DNA from: Chlamydiales bacterium
GTDB lineage: Bacteria; Chlamydiota; Chlamydiia; Chlamydiales; JACKPQ01
Assembly (NCBI GenBank): GCA_024233435.1
Contig: JACKPQ010000002.1
Span: 286-64,285 of the forward strand
Reading direction: 5' to 3'
Length of the DNA stretch: 64,000 bases
The notes under the pieces were generated by a model. The model was given only the letters and a program-made list of their open reading frames with translations. It was not told the DNA's origin and did no database searches. The translations under genes and the position numbers were made by a program. How positions within the stretch are numbered: the first letter of the stretch is position 1; each line of letters opens with the position of its first letter. Below, piece by piece: positions 7,509 through 20,961 of this stretch.

Positions 7509-9535
7509 TCTTCTTCAACATCCTTAAAAGGGGTGAAAAAACGCGGGCCATCTTCAATTTTAAGAAATGCCACGGGTTCAAATGGGATGAGGACATCGCT
7601 ATCATTGTTTAAATCAGATATTCCGCTAACATCCAAATTCAATGACTCAATTTCAAATGCAGCTGGATTTTTTGAGAAGTTAATCAGTGCTAATCTCCCA
7701 CTCATCTGGTTATCCAAAAGTTTCAGCTTTATATGACTCTCAGTATTTTGTACTTTAATGATTGTGTCAGCTAAAAACAAGTTATTTTTTTGTATGGAAG
7801 CTTCAATTTGCCCTGGCGCTTCTTTTGTGCCTGCTAGAAGTAAAATAGCATCGTCGAAATGATCGCGGCCTTTAATGGTATTTCCTTCAATGAGGAGTTG
7901 GGCCGGACCATCAATGCTCGTGCTTAAAAACCCGATTGCTGTTCCCAGGGTGTCAACTTTGTTTCTTTGAAGGGCAAAGAAGCCTTGACCGGATTTTAGC
8001 TCGCCCATCAGCCCTTTTTCAACTTGGCGCAGATCGTTTTCAGCAATGGTAAAGCAAGAAGCACCGCCAAAGGCAATGCCAACGTTTGCATTTTCAATGG
8101 TATTTTGGCGGATAGCGACACGGCTCTCATCAACATCGCTAACAGCGATGCCCGCCCCCAGAAAGTGGTTGTTTTCAAAATACTTAACACCATTTGGACT
8201 TGCTGTCGCATCAACACCGCAGCCTATTAAGCTTACATTACTGATCACAAAATGAGCTGCTTGCCTAGCATCGATTCCATCTCCTTGGTTTTGCTCAATG
8301 TTAATCCCTCTGACTTGGTTGTTATCAGAAAAGGTTACTACAGCCCCATGTGGATTGGTCAATGTTGGTACCTTTTTGAGCGTTGCAGGATAGAACGTAT
8401 CGTCTATCAGTAGGTCTGTGCCTGGGCCATGCAAGCGCTGGCCAGGCTTGAGAGCTATGCCCGAATCGAGATGGCGTGATGTACCATCTCCAGGCAAAAT
8501 GTAAATGGTTTGGCCAGGTTTACTGTGCTGCTCGGCAAGAGCCAGCGAGTGAAAGGGCGCCTCAAAGGTTCCAGCTCCAGGCCACGTCATGGAGTTATCG
8601 ACAAAAACAAGGGATAAGGATTTGTGAGTCACTGGATCTTGCCCAAGTGCTGTGAGCTTGGTTTGTTTCATAGGGATAATTTCGCGACGAATAACGGGCT
8701 GTGTTAATAAACGCTGGCGACTCGCTTGACTGGAGCAACCAGGCTTGTAGTAACGCTCGTTCCACCGTTTTCCTTTGTAGATCAATGCGCTTGGAGAAAG
8801 CGGGAGACTAATATTAATATATCCGTTAATGCGCCCATGGAATAGACGATCGTATGAAAATGACCCTCCAATATCCACACAATCCAAAATACGCATATTT
8901 AAGCGCGCTAAACCACCAAAGCTATTTCCAAAATTAAAGCCTGCAACTTCTTTGCGAAATAAGTAGTAAGGATCAAGCCCGAGGTATAAATTGATGGGCT
9001 CAAAAAAACCCCGAATGGGAAAACCCACCTCAGCGTTCATGCCTCCGTATGCAGCTGAAAGACGCCGTGAAACGATCGCTACGTTATTTTCGAGTCCAAC
9101 AAGACGTGCAGGGCCGCGTCTTTCGGTTTCAGCAACAGGAATGTAAAGATTGAAACGGAAATCGACGTTGTAGTTTAGAGCTTCTAATCCCATCCCCATC
9201 TGATGAGGAGATAGGCTTTTTTCTGAGCGAAAATCATAAAAACCATTGATTCCAAACGCCCAGTTTTCAAGAGCCATTAACCGAAAGCCCATGCCCAAGT
9301 TCCCAGCAAAGCGGCTATTGTTAAACATATGAACTCTACCGTCTAGAAAAGGCTGAAAGGGTTTTTGCCAATTGGGGGTTAAGAATCCATCTAATGATGA
9401 ATACCCTTCATCATAGCCAATGCCCTTGCCCTGGCGTGTTCCTACACTAAAGCGGCATGAGGGGCCATGCACACAATCATCAGCAAATAAAAAGGCACAA
9501 GTTAGTAATGATAATGCAAAAACGCGCGTATTCAA
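7505..9535 (-). CDS. paralogous outer-membrane protein with an inverse-autotransporter-like barrel and a beta-helix passenger
   Basis: 676 aa, TTG start with AGAGG upstream, and a signal peptide. The barrel block NLGMGFRLMALENWAFGINGFYDFRSEKSLSPHQMGMGLEALNYNVDFRFNLYIPV and linker RLLTQPVIRREIIP are collinear with the neighbour. The passenger is diverged (GQTIYILPGDGT, IRQNTIENANVGIAFGG). There is a 4-nt ATGA overlap with the downstream paralog. Confidence 0.6.
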   Translation of the reverse strand: MNTRVFALSLLTCAFLFADDCVHGPSCRFSVGTRQGKGIGYDEGYSSLDGFLTPNWQKPFQPFLDGRVHMFNNSRFAGNLGMGFRLMALENWAFGINGFYDFRSEKSLSPHQMGMGLEALNYNVDFRFNLYIPVAETERRGPARLVGLENNVAIVSRRLSAAYGGMNAEVGFPIRGFFEPINLYLGLDPYYLFRKEVAGFNFGNSFGGLARLNMRILDCVDIGGSFSYDRLFHGRINGYINISLPLSPSALIYKGKRWNERYYKPGCSSQASRQRLLTQPVIRREIIPMKQTKLTALGQDPVTHKSLSLVFVDNSMTWPGAGTFEAPFHSLALAEQHSKPGQTIYILPGDGTSRHLDSGIALKPGQRLHGPGTDLLIDDTFYPATLKKVPTLTNPHGAVVTFSDNNQVRGINIEQNQGDGIDARQAAHFVISNVSLIGCGVDATASPNGVKYFENNHFLGAGIAVSDVDESRVAIRQNTIENANVGIAFGGASCFTIAENDLRQVEKGLMGELKSGQGFFALQRNKVDTLGTAIGFLSTSIDGPAQLLIEGNTIKGRDHFDDAILLLAGTKEAPGQIEASIQKNNLFLADTIIKVQNTESHIKLKLLDNQMSGRLALINFSKNPAAFEIESLNLDVSGISDLNNDSDVLIPFEPVAFLKIEDGPRFFTPFKDVEEE

Positions 9536-9601
9536 ATTTTTAAACCTCTAAACTTACAATCGTTTAAAGGGACTTTAATTTCAACTTATTGCAAAGATTT
9601 T

Positions 9602-10066
9602 TTAACCATTTAGACGCCATAGCTCAAAGTTAAGGTATCCAGCAAAAAGAACCCATAATGCATAGGGAATAAGTAAAAAAGCGCTAAGATGTGAAAAACG
9701 TCGAATCAAATAGATCAGCGCACAAATCGTTAACCACAAAAGACTCATCTCAAAAAGAGCCGTGAGCATTAGCTGCTTGGAAAAAAAGAGATAAGACCAC
9801 CCCATATTCAGAACTCCATTCACCGCAAACAAAATGATGACGCTTTTAAACTCTGTTGGCCTTGGTTTTAGGTTCCAAACCCTAATTAGGCAAATAGCGA
9901 TCAGTGTAAACAAAACAAGCCAGACAAAGCTTATCAGAGTTCCTGGTGGGTTGATGTAAGGTTTATTCAAGGTCTTGTACCACTCCATTCCTGACTGAGT
10001 AAACTCACCTCCTAGAAAGAGCGTAAGCAAGACCAGCAACACAATCACAATTGTAGAAATTTTCAT
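9602..10066 (-). CDS. tspO: TspO/MBR family tryptophan-rich sensory protein
   Basis: 154 aa with five TM segments. The sequence WYKTLNKPYINPPGTLISFVWLVLF...GWSYLFF...LLIPYALWVLFAGYLNFELWRLN matches the TspO signature. Confidence 0.85.
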   Translation of the reverse strand: MKISTIVIVLLVLLTLFLGGEFTQSGMEWYKTLNKPYINPPGTLISFVWLVLFTLIAICLIRVWNLKPRPTEFKSVIILFAVNGVLNMGWSYLFFSKQLMLTALFEMSLLWLTICALIYLIRRFSHLSAFLLIPYALWVLFAGYLNFELWRLNG

Positions 10067-10092
10067 ATGCCCTCCACGAGCTATCTCTCAGC

Positions 10093-11496
10093 CTATCTGA
10101 GAGTATTTTTGATTTTTTCAAAAGCAGCAAGTGCTTTATCTCTACCTTCTTTCAGGTCGATGATCGGTTTTGGATAGTTATGACCTAAATCTACACCCGA
10201 TTGATTTAGAATGTCATCACTTGCTTCCCATGGACAATGTAAGAACTTATCAGGCAACTTTGCAAGCTGCGGGATCCATTTTCGAACATATCTTCCTGTT
10301 GGATCAAACTTTTGCCCTTGCAAAACTGGATTAAAGATTCGAAAATAGGGAGCCGCATCAGCTCCACAACCTGAAACCCACTGCCAACTTACACAGTTGT
10401 TTGCACAATCTGCATCACAAAGTGTATCCCAAAACCAAGCCTCTCCTTCTTGCCACGGAATCAATAGATGTTTTGTTAAAAAAGAAGCGGCAATCATGCG
10501 GGCACGGTTATGCATGTAACCCGTCACCCACAATTCTTGCATTGCAGCATCAACAACGGGAATGCCTGTTTTTCCTTTTTGCCAGGCTCTTAGATGTTCC
10601 TTGTTCTTCGACCAGGGAAATTTTTTAAATTCTTCGCGAAGTGGTAAGTCAATGATTTGAGGAAAATGATAAAGAAGGTGATAAGAAAACTCACGCCATC
10701 CAAGCTCCGTTAAGAACTTTTCTGTATTTGCATTTTGCGGTAAAACATCTATGGCTTTCCAAATTTGTCTAGGGCTAATTTCACCGAAACGTAAATGGGG
10801 GGAGAGCCTAGATGTTTTTTGTTCATCTAGAAAATCTCTGCCCCGAGCATATTCATTGAGTTCGTGTTTTATAAAATGGTCTAGCTGTTGCTTAGCACCC
10901 AGTTCACCAGGTCTCCAAGTTTTTTGCATTTCAGTTGACCAATCCGGGTAGCGTGGTTGTAAATCATCAATGGAATCACTTGGGATATCATGTTGAATCC
11001 ATTTGGGATTTTTTAGTTTAACCGTTTCTATCGGGTCGAGATGTTTTAGGCATGCTTTCCAAAATGGGGTAAAGACTTTGAATGGTTTCTCTTGTTGGTT
11101 TGTGATCTGCCAAGGCTCCACAAGCAAATGACTGTTAAAGCTCTTTACGCCATAAGTGCTTTTCAGATGGCTTTTCAAGTTGGCATCTCTTTGTATTTCA
11201 AAAGGTGCATAACAACGATTCCAAAAAATTTGGTCAACTTTCAACTCTTGTGCTATGGCTGGCAGGATTTTCGCTGGATCTCCTCGCTTAATAAGAACCG
11301 GGATATGATTTGAAAAAGCCTTTAAGCTTTGATAAAGCCACCACTTAGAAGCTCCTCCTAACGGCTTGAGGCCCTGTTGAGAACTCTCATCAAAAATGTA
11401 TAGAAGTGCAACGTCTCCATCTATCGCTGCCTGGGTAATTGCTGGGTTATCTTGAAGCCTTAAGTCTTGTCTTAGCCATACCAAAGTTCGCTTCAT
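10093..11496 (-). CDS. phr: deoxyribodipyrimidine photolyase / cryptochrome family flavoprotein
   Basis: 467 aa. LVWLRQDLRLQDNPA at the N-terminus, and the C-terminal FAD-binding region TGIPVVDAAMQELWVTGYMHNRARMIAASFLTKHL...DADCANNCVSWQWVSGCGADAAPYFRIFNP is diagnostic. Confidence 0.9.
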   Translation of the reverse strand: MKRTLVWLRQDLRLQDNPAITQAAIDGDVALLYIFDESSQQGLKPLGGASKWWLYQSLKAFSNHIPVLIKRGDPAKILPAIAQELKVDQIFWNRCYAPFEIQRDANLKSHLKSTYGVKSFNSHLLVEPWQITNQQEKPFKVFTPFWKACLKHLDPIETVKLKNPKWIQHDIPSDSIDDLQPRYPDWSTEMQKTWRPGELGAKQQLDHFIKHELNEYARGRDFLDEQKTSRLSPHLRFGEISPRQIWKAIDVLPQNANTEKFLTELGWREFSYHLLYHFPQIIDLPLREEFKKFPWSKNKEHLRAWQKGKTGIPVVDAAMQELWVTGYMHNRARMIAASFLTKHLLIPWQEGEAWFWDTLCDADCANNCVSWQWVSGCGADAAPYFRIFNPVLQGQKFDPTGRYVRKWIPQLAKLPDKFLHCPWEASDDILNQSGVDLGHNYPKPIIDLKEGRDKALAAFEKIKNTLR

Positions 11497-11540
11497 AATC
11501 CCTCACGTTGTTCTATGATAGCTATTAAAAGAATTTTGAG

Positions 11541-11572
11541 CAAAAAAAAAGCCAGTCCGATTGGACTGGCGA
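11541..11572 (-). terminator. rho-independent terminator of the rRNA operon
   Basis: On the minus strand, immediately after 5S: GCCAGTCC-AATC-GGACTGGC stem-loop followed by a run of nine T. Confidence 0.8.
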
Positions 11573-11578
11573 AAAAAT

Positions 11579-11694
11579 GACTTGGCAACGTCCTACTTTT
11601 CCGTACTCTTGTGTACAGTATCATCGGCGATGAAGGGCTTGACTACTGAGTTCGGGATGGGATCAGGTATTTCCCCTTCTCTAAAGTCACCAAG
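11579..11694 (-). rRNA. rrf: 5S ribosomal RNA
   Basis: The reverse complement reads CTTGGTGACTTTAGAGAAGGGGAAATACCTGATCCCATCCCGAACTCAGTAGTCAAGCCCTTCATCGCCGATGATACTGT...AGTAGGACGTTGCCAAG, with the canonical 5S helices and the CCGAAC loop. Ends are approximate to within 3 nt. Confidence 0.9.
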
Positions 11695-11764
11695 ATAAAA
11701 AATTGGATTGATGAAAATTGCAAGTGTAATTTATTGCGACCATTTTCTTCTAAATAAAGAAAAG

Positions 11765-14714
<2,950 letters not shown>

Positions 14715-15015
14715 TTATCTTTATCTACAAGAGATAAAAGACAAATGGCGTTCTCTTATTTTTGAGTTCACTATTTTCTATATTTAATTCGAAAGTGCTT
14801 TCACACTTTCTGAATATTCTTTGGTCGCAATAAAATTGTAGTATTTATGTTTTTACCCAGCTTTTGGGTTAAACCCATGAATACTTAATTGCAATTTTCA
14901 TCTTTCCAGATAACACTAATGGCTGATTTGACAGCACTAAAGAGACAGAGAATACACTAAACTTGTTCAACCTGAATTCGAGCTTTACTGAGTAAAACTC
15001 GATTCTGTCCTTAAA
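14715..15015 (-). other. 16S-23S internal transcribed spacer without tRNA genes
   Basis: I find no cloverleaf-capable sequence in about 300 nt. The spacer contains halves of both processing stems (see findings). A tRNA-free ITS is the known Chlamydiae arrangement. Confidence 0.8.
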
Positions 15016-16566
<1,551 letters not shown>

Positions 16567-16846
16567 AAATTTGATATAAAAAAATTGTTTGGGGCGACTC
16601 GAGTCAAAAAATGACTCTAATCACCACAAGCTCAGTGAATTTAATTTCTCTGTCTCATTAGTACTGTCAAAACAACCTGCAAAGCTCTCAGGCTTTGCTA
16701 TCTCTCCGTTTGGAGTCATCCTCCATTCGGCTAGATCTACAATTTACAACACGCCCGATTTATTCCGCAAACCTTTTTCCGAACTTTTTTTCTTATTTTT
16801 TGGAAATATGGCTCAGAACATATTGTGAGCGGGGTCGAGTCCGAAA

Positions 16847-18103
16847 TTAAAATAATAAGTATATACTCATTCCAGCTAAATATCCGGCCAATACGGGCAC
16901 AGAAACTTTGCGCATGTAGCTAAAAAAGTCGACTTTTTCCATCCCCATTAATGCTACACCTGCCGACGATCCGATCAAAAGGATGCTTCCTCCAGTTCCA
17001 GCAGCGTAGGCAATCATCAACCATAATTTTGAATCCATGGGAAATTGGCTCAAATCGTACATACTCATGGTAGCGGCTACTAGAGGAACGTTATCTATGA
17101 TCGCTGATAGAATTCCGATGATGGTCACTATCCCCTCCTGCGTGGGAACGTGTATATTGAGCCAATTTGCCAGGGCCATCAACACCCCGGCGATATCCAA
17201 TGCATCGATTGCGAGTAGTATCCCTAAGAAAAACAAGACGTTTGACACATCAATTTTTGTCAGGATATAAGGAACGCGCAAGTGCTGGCGACTTTCATAT
17301 TTATGGTGCAGCACATCTGTTACAAACCACAGCAGCGCTAAGCTCAGAAGCATGCCCATAAATGGAGGCAATTCTGTTGCCCAGTGAAAAAGTGGCACGA
17401 ATATAAAGGCGCACATCCCACACCAAAAGATCACGTGTGACCCTGGTTCGCGCGCTTCTAATTCTGCTCTATCACCAACTGGGGCGTATTTACCTTTTGC
17501 TTGACGCGCAAACCACCAAAGCGGCACTAAAACTGAAACCAAACTTGGCATGAATACGTTTTTCATCACCGCTAATGTGGAAAGTTGACCATTAATCCAT
17601 AACATGGTGGTTGTGACATCACCAATCGGTGTCCACGCACCTCCTGCGTTTGCTGCCACAACGATAATGCATCCAAATAGAAATCGATCTTTTTTTGTTG
17701 GAATGAGTTTTCGTATGATTGACACCATTAAGATTGTGGTGGTCAAGTTGTCGAGCAATGCTGATAAGCAGAATGCAAATGCCGCTACAATCCAAATGAG
17801 ATATTTTTTAGAGCGTGTGTGTATGAATTCGATGATGGTGTTAAAGCCCTTGTGCGAGTCAATCAGCTCTACAATTGTCATTGCCGCTAATAAGAAGAAT
17901 ATAATTTGCGATACGTCGCTTAGGTTTTTAAGTAACTCTGTCAGGTTTTCTTTTACAGCCAGGTCGTGAGATAAAAAATAAATTGACCAGCCGATAACAG
18001 CAATGGACAAAGCAACTGCGGTCTTATTCACTTTAATTGTAAACTCAAACGCGATGGCTAAGTAGCCAAGGATGAAAACAGTTAGAATTGCTAATGCCGC
18101 CAT
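16847..18103 (-). CDS. NhaD/ArsB-type Na+/H+ antiporter family membrane protein
   Basis: 418 aa, polytopic. Motifs LLDNLTTTILM, AANAGGAWTPIGDVTTTMLW and IIDNVPLVAA are typical of NhaD-type ion transporters. Confidence 0.7.
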   Translation of the reverse strand: MAALAILTVFILGYLAIAFEFTIKVNKTAVALSIAVIGWSIYFLSHDLAVKENLTELLKNLSDVSQIIFFLLAAMTIVELIDSHKGFNTIIEFIHTRSKKYLIWIVAAFAFCLSALLDNLTTTILMVSIIRKLIPTKKDRFLFGCIIVVAANAGGAWTPIGDVTTTMLWINGQLSTLAVMKNVFMPSLVSVLVPLWWFARQAKGKYAPVGDRAELEAREPGSHVIFWCGMCAFIFVPLFHWATELPPFMGMLLSLALLWFVTDVLHHKYESRQHLRVPYILTKIDVSNVLFFLGILLAIDALDIAGVLMALANWLNIHVPTQEGIVTIIGILSAIIDNVPLVAATMSMYDLSQFPMDSKLWLMIAYAAGTGGSILLIGSSAGVALMGMEKVDFFSYMRKVSVPVLAGYLAGMSIYLLF

Positions 18104-18129
18104 ATTGGCATACTAATAAAAAGAATATT

Positions 18130-19074
18130 TTAAAGGCCAGCTTGAAGGATGTCGTGTAGGTGAATAATTCCAACGAGATGCTCGCCTTCTATAACGGGCA
18201 ACACCATAATGCGCTTTTCCCCTTCCATTATCTTTAGAGCATCAAATGCCAAGACATCTGGTGTAACAGAAGAAAATGCTGTTTGCATAACATCCCCCAA
18301 CCTTAAATGGGAAACGCTTCCAGTCTTCTGCAGCAAGCGCCTCAAATCGCCGTCTGTAAAAATGCCAATTACCCGATCTCCATCGACAATCAAGACACAT
18401 CCACAACGCTTTTGGGATAGTTCACTTAAAGCATCGGTTACTAACATGTTGGCATCACATAGGGGCAGAGCATCGCCTTTTAGCATGATGTCGCGCACGT
18501 GCATGGTTAGCTTTTTTCCAATGGCGCCAGCTGGATGGTTCATTGCATAGGCATCGAGACTAAATTGCTTTTTCTTCATTAGAGCAACGGTTAAGATATC
18601 GCCAAATATCAGCTGCAGAGCACTCGATGTCGTGGGGGCTAAATCAAAAGGACAGAGCTCTTTTTGTAGTGGAAGCTCCATAGCAAGATCACACAATTTA
18701 GCTAAACGCGAAGCAGGCTTTGAAACCCATGCTACTGTCTTGACATTTCTCATTTTCGCAAGAGGCATTAAATCGATGAGCTCATCACTTTCTCCACTTT
18801 TACTGAGCATAACAAGTAAATCGATGGGGTCGAGCATCCCAATATCCCCGTGAAGGGCGTCGGTCGGTGTCATGTGCTGCGCACGCGTGCCTGTTGAAGT
18901 CAAGGTCGTTGCAAGCTTCTCTGCAACAATCCCACTTTTACCCACACCGCTAAAGACAATTTTCCCCTTACATTGCAAGCATGCATCAAGCACTGCTTGC
19001 GCCTGTTTCATGTCTACAGCGTCAAAGAATGCATTGATTAGCGCACGCTGATCTTTAAACAGTTTTTCTAGCAT
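18130..19074 (-). CDS. kdsD: arabinose-5-phosphate isomerase (KdsD/KpsF/GutQ family)
   Basis: 314 aa. SIS domain (KIVFSGVGKSGIVAEKLATTLTSTGT...LSKSGESDE) followed by two CBS repeats (VRDIMLKGD..., LGDVMQTAF...VLPVIEGEHLVGIIHLHDIL). Confidence 0.85.
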   Translation of the reverse strand: MLEKLFKDQRALINAFFDAVDMKQAQAVLDACLQCKGKIVFSGVGKSGIVAEKLATTLTSTGTRAQHMTPTDALHGDIGMLDPIDLLVMLSKSGESDELIDLMPLAKMRNVKTVAWVSKPASRLAKLCDLAMELPLQKELCPFDLAPTTSSALQLIFGDILTVALMKKKQFSLDAYAMNHPAGAIGKKLTMHVRDIMLKGDALPLCDANMLVTDALSELSQKRCGCVLIVDGDRVIGIFTDGDLRRLLQKTGSVSHLRLGDVMQTAFSSVTPDVLAFDALKIMEGEKRIMVLPVIEGEHLVGIIHLHDILQAGL

Positions 19075-19122
19075 ACCCTCATTTTGCTTGATTTCATGAA
19101 AAAAATCACATAAAAGAAAAAC

Positions 19123-20547
19123 ATGACAGATAAAAAGATTCCTATTGCGGTTGCCAGAGGTGATGGGATTGGCCCTGAGATCATGGAAGCCGTTCTCAAA
19201 ATCCTAAAAGCTGCAAAAGCTCCCCTTGAGATCCACGAAGTTGAAATTGGGGAAAAGGTCTACTTAAGAGGCTCCTCTACAGGCATTGAGCCTGAGACGT
19301 GGGAGACTATTCGAAATACAAAAGCTTTTTTGAAAGCGCCGATTACGACACCTCAAGGCGGGGGCTTTAAAAGCTTAAATGTAACTGTTCGCACCTCACT
19401 TGGCCTTTATGCCAACATTCGCCCTTGTGTTTCCTACCATCCCTTCATTCAAACTAAACACCCAACGATGGACGTTGTCATCGTCCGTGAAAATGAAGAA
19501 GATCTCTATACGGGCATTGAGTACCAGCAAACGCCTGATGTCACAGAATCAATTAAATTGATCACTCGCCCCGGCTCTGAAAAAATTTGCCGTTACGCTT
19601 TTGAATACGCCCTTGCCCGCGGACGTAAAAAAGTGACTTGCTTTACGAAAGACAATATTATGAAAATCTCTGATGGACTTTTTCACTCAGTCTATGAAGA
19701 GGTTGCAAAAGATTATCCCAAGATCGAAAGCGAGCATTGGATTGTTGATATCGGAGCTGCCAAACTTGCTGACACACCCGAAGCCTTCGATGTGATCGTT
19801 CTTCCAAATCTATATGGGGATATCCTCTCTGATGTCGCAGCTCAAATCAGCGGCTCGGTCGGTCTTGCAGGATCTGCCAACATCGGAGACCACGGCGCCA
19901 TGTTCGAGGCAATTCACGGCTCAGCGCCGCGCCGCGCCGGGCAAAATCTTGCCAATCCATCAGGTCTACTTCACGGCGCTATCTTAATGCTCTTGCATAT
20001 TGATTTGCCAGATGTCGCAACGCTTGTTCACAATGCTTGGCTAAAAACCATCGAAGATGGCATCCATACTTACGATATTTTTACTGAAGGTGTCAGCAAG
20101 CAAAAAGTGGGCACTAAAGAGTTTGCTCAGGCTGTCATTGAACGCCTAGGTCAAACGCCCTCTCACTTAAAATCTGTAAATTATCCAAAAACTGTTCATG
20201 CAGCCAAATCAAAAGTAACCCGATCTCGACCTACCGATAGAAAGCTGCTCGGCGTTGATGTCTATTTTTATTCGACAGATGAAATGAACACCTTTTGCAA
20301 ATCGGTCGAAAAAACCAACGTCGCACCTTTTGAGCTCAAGCTGATTACAAATAGAGGTGTCCGTGTTTGGCCAGGGGGCATGAAAGAAACTTTTTGTGTC
20401 GATCATTGGAGAGCGCGTTTCATTCATGATAACTGCACACAAGCCAATATCGTTGATCTCCTTTCAAAGCTTTCGTCTTTTGACATCATCAAAACCGAAA
20501 ATCTTTACTCGTTCGATGGCAAGCCTATCTTTTCTCATCAAAACTAA
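19123..20547 (+). CDS. icd: isocitrate dehydrogenase (isocitrate/isopropylmalate dehydrogenase family, long form with C-terminal extension)
   Basis: 474 aa. IAVARGDGIGPEIMEA...SLNVTVRTSLGLYANIRPC...VIVRENEEDLY...NLYGDILSD...GSAPRRAGQNLANP is the beta-decarboxylating dehydrogenase core, plus about 130 extra C-terminal residues as in the roughly 480-aa bacterial Icd type. Confidence 0.8.
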   Translation: MTDKKIPIAVARGDGIGPEIMEAVLKILKAAKAPLEIHEVEIGEKVYLRGSSTGIEPETWETIRNTKAFLKAPITTPQGGGFKSLNVTVRTSLGLYANIRPCVSYHPFIQTKHPTMDVVIVRENEEDLYTGIEYQQTPDVTESIKLITRPGSEKICRYAFEYALARGRKKVTCFTKDNIMKISDGLFHSVYEEVAKDYPKIESEHWIVDIGAAKLADTPEAFDVIVLPNLYGDILSDVAAQISGSVGLAGSANIGDHGAMFEAIHGSAPRRAGQNLANPSGLLHGAILMLLHIDLPDVATLVHNAWLKTIEDGIHTYDIFTEGVSKQKVGTKEFAQAVIERLGQTPSHLKSVNYPKTVHAAKSKVTRSRPTDRKLLGVDVYFYSTDEMNTFCKSVEKTNVAPFELKLITNRGVRVWPGGMKETFCVDHWRARFIHDNCTQANIVDLLSKLSSFDIIKTENLYSFDGKPIFSHQN

Positions 20548-20575
20548 CATCATAACCAATTAACTACCAGCTAGC

Positions 20576-20623
20576 TTGACAATTAACCTCTAAAAGAGGT
20601 AATATAACCTATATAAGAGGTTA
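20576..20623 (+). promoter_or_regulatory. promoter with two overlapping palindromic operator-like sites
   Basis: TTGACA (20576-20581), 18 nt, TAATAT (20600-20605). The palindrome ACCTCT-AAA-AGAGGT (20586-20600) lies between -35 and -10. A second palindrome, AACCT-N7-AGGTT (20606-20622), covers the RBS. The AAGAGGT boxes are 21 bp apart. Confidence 0.5.
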
Positions 20624-20625
20624 TT

Positions 20626-20961
20626 ATGTTGTCTGCGCTTTTTGGAAATTCATCAATAGAGAAGATTCTCTTTTTTTTATTAATGAATAAAACCTGTTAT
20701 GGCACTCAGTTAAGCACTATATTTAACATGCCTGTTAGCAACGTGCAGAAGGCTTTACAACGGTTAGAGTTGGGAGGAATCATTGCAAGCACCCTTGTAG
20801 GGAAAACCCGTATTTATCAATTTAATCCTCGCTATCCATTCCTCAAAGAGCTTGAAGTTTTCTTAAAAAAAGCATATACGTTCTTACCAGAATCTACACG
20901 CAATAGATATTATTGCCAAACCGTACGCAAAAGGCCTAGGCGGTCAGGGAAGCCTCTTTGA
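20626..20961 (+). CDS. small winged-helix DNA-binding protein (MarR/ArsR-like)
   Basis: 111 aa. KILFFLLMNKTCYGTQLSTIFNMPVSNVQKALQRLELGGIIASTLVGKTRIYQFNP has helix-turn-helix-wing topology. Its stop overlaps the next start (TTGA). Confidence 0.6.
   Translation: MLSALFGNSSIEKILFFLLMNKTCYGTQLSTIFNMPVSNVQKALQRLELGGIIASTLVGKTRIYQFNPRYPFLKELEVFLKKAYTFLPESTRNRYYCQTVRKRPRRSGKPL

Noticed and set aside
16661-16673. TTGACA hexamer (minus strand) in the 16S leader that looked like a second rRNA promoter
   Set aside because: It is part of the inverted repeat pairing with 14925-14952 (the 16S processing stem), and the downstream -10 candidate is poor. A weak alternative, TTGCGG-N17/18-TAAATT at 16741-16770 with an A-rich upstream tract, is too uncertain to list as a feature.
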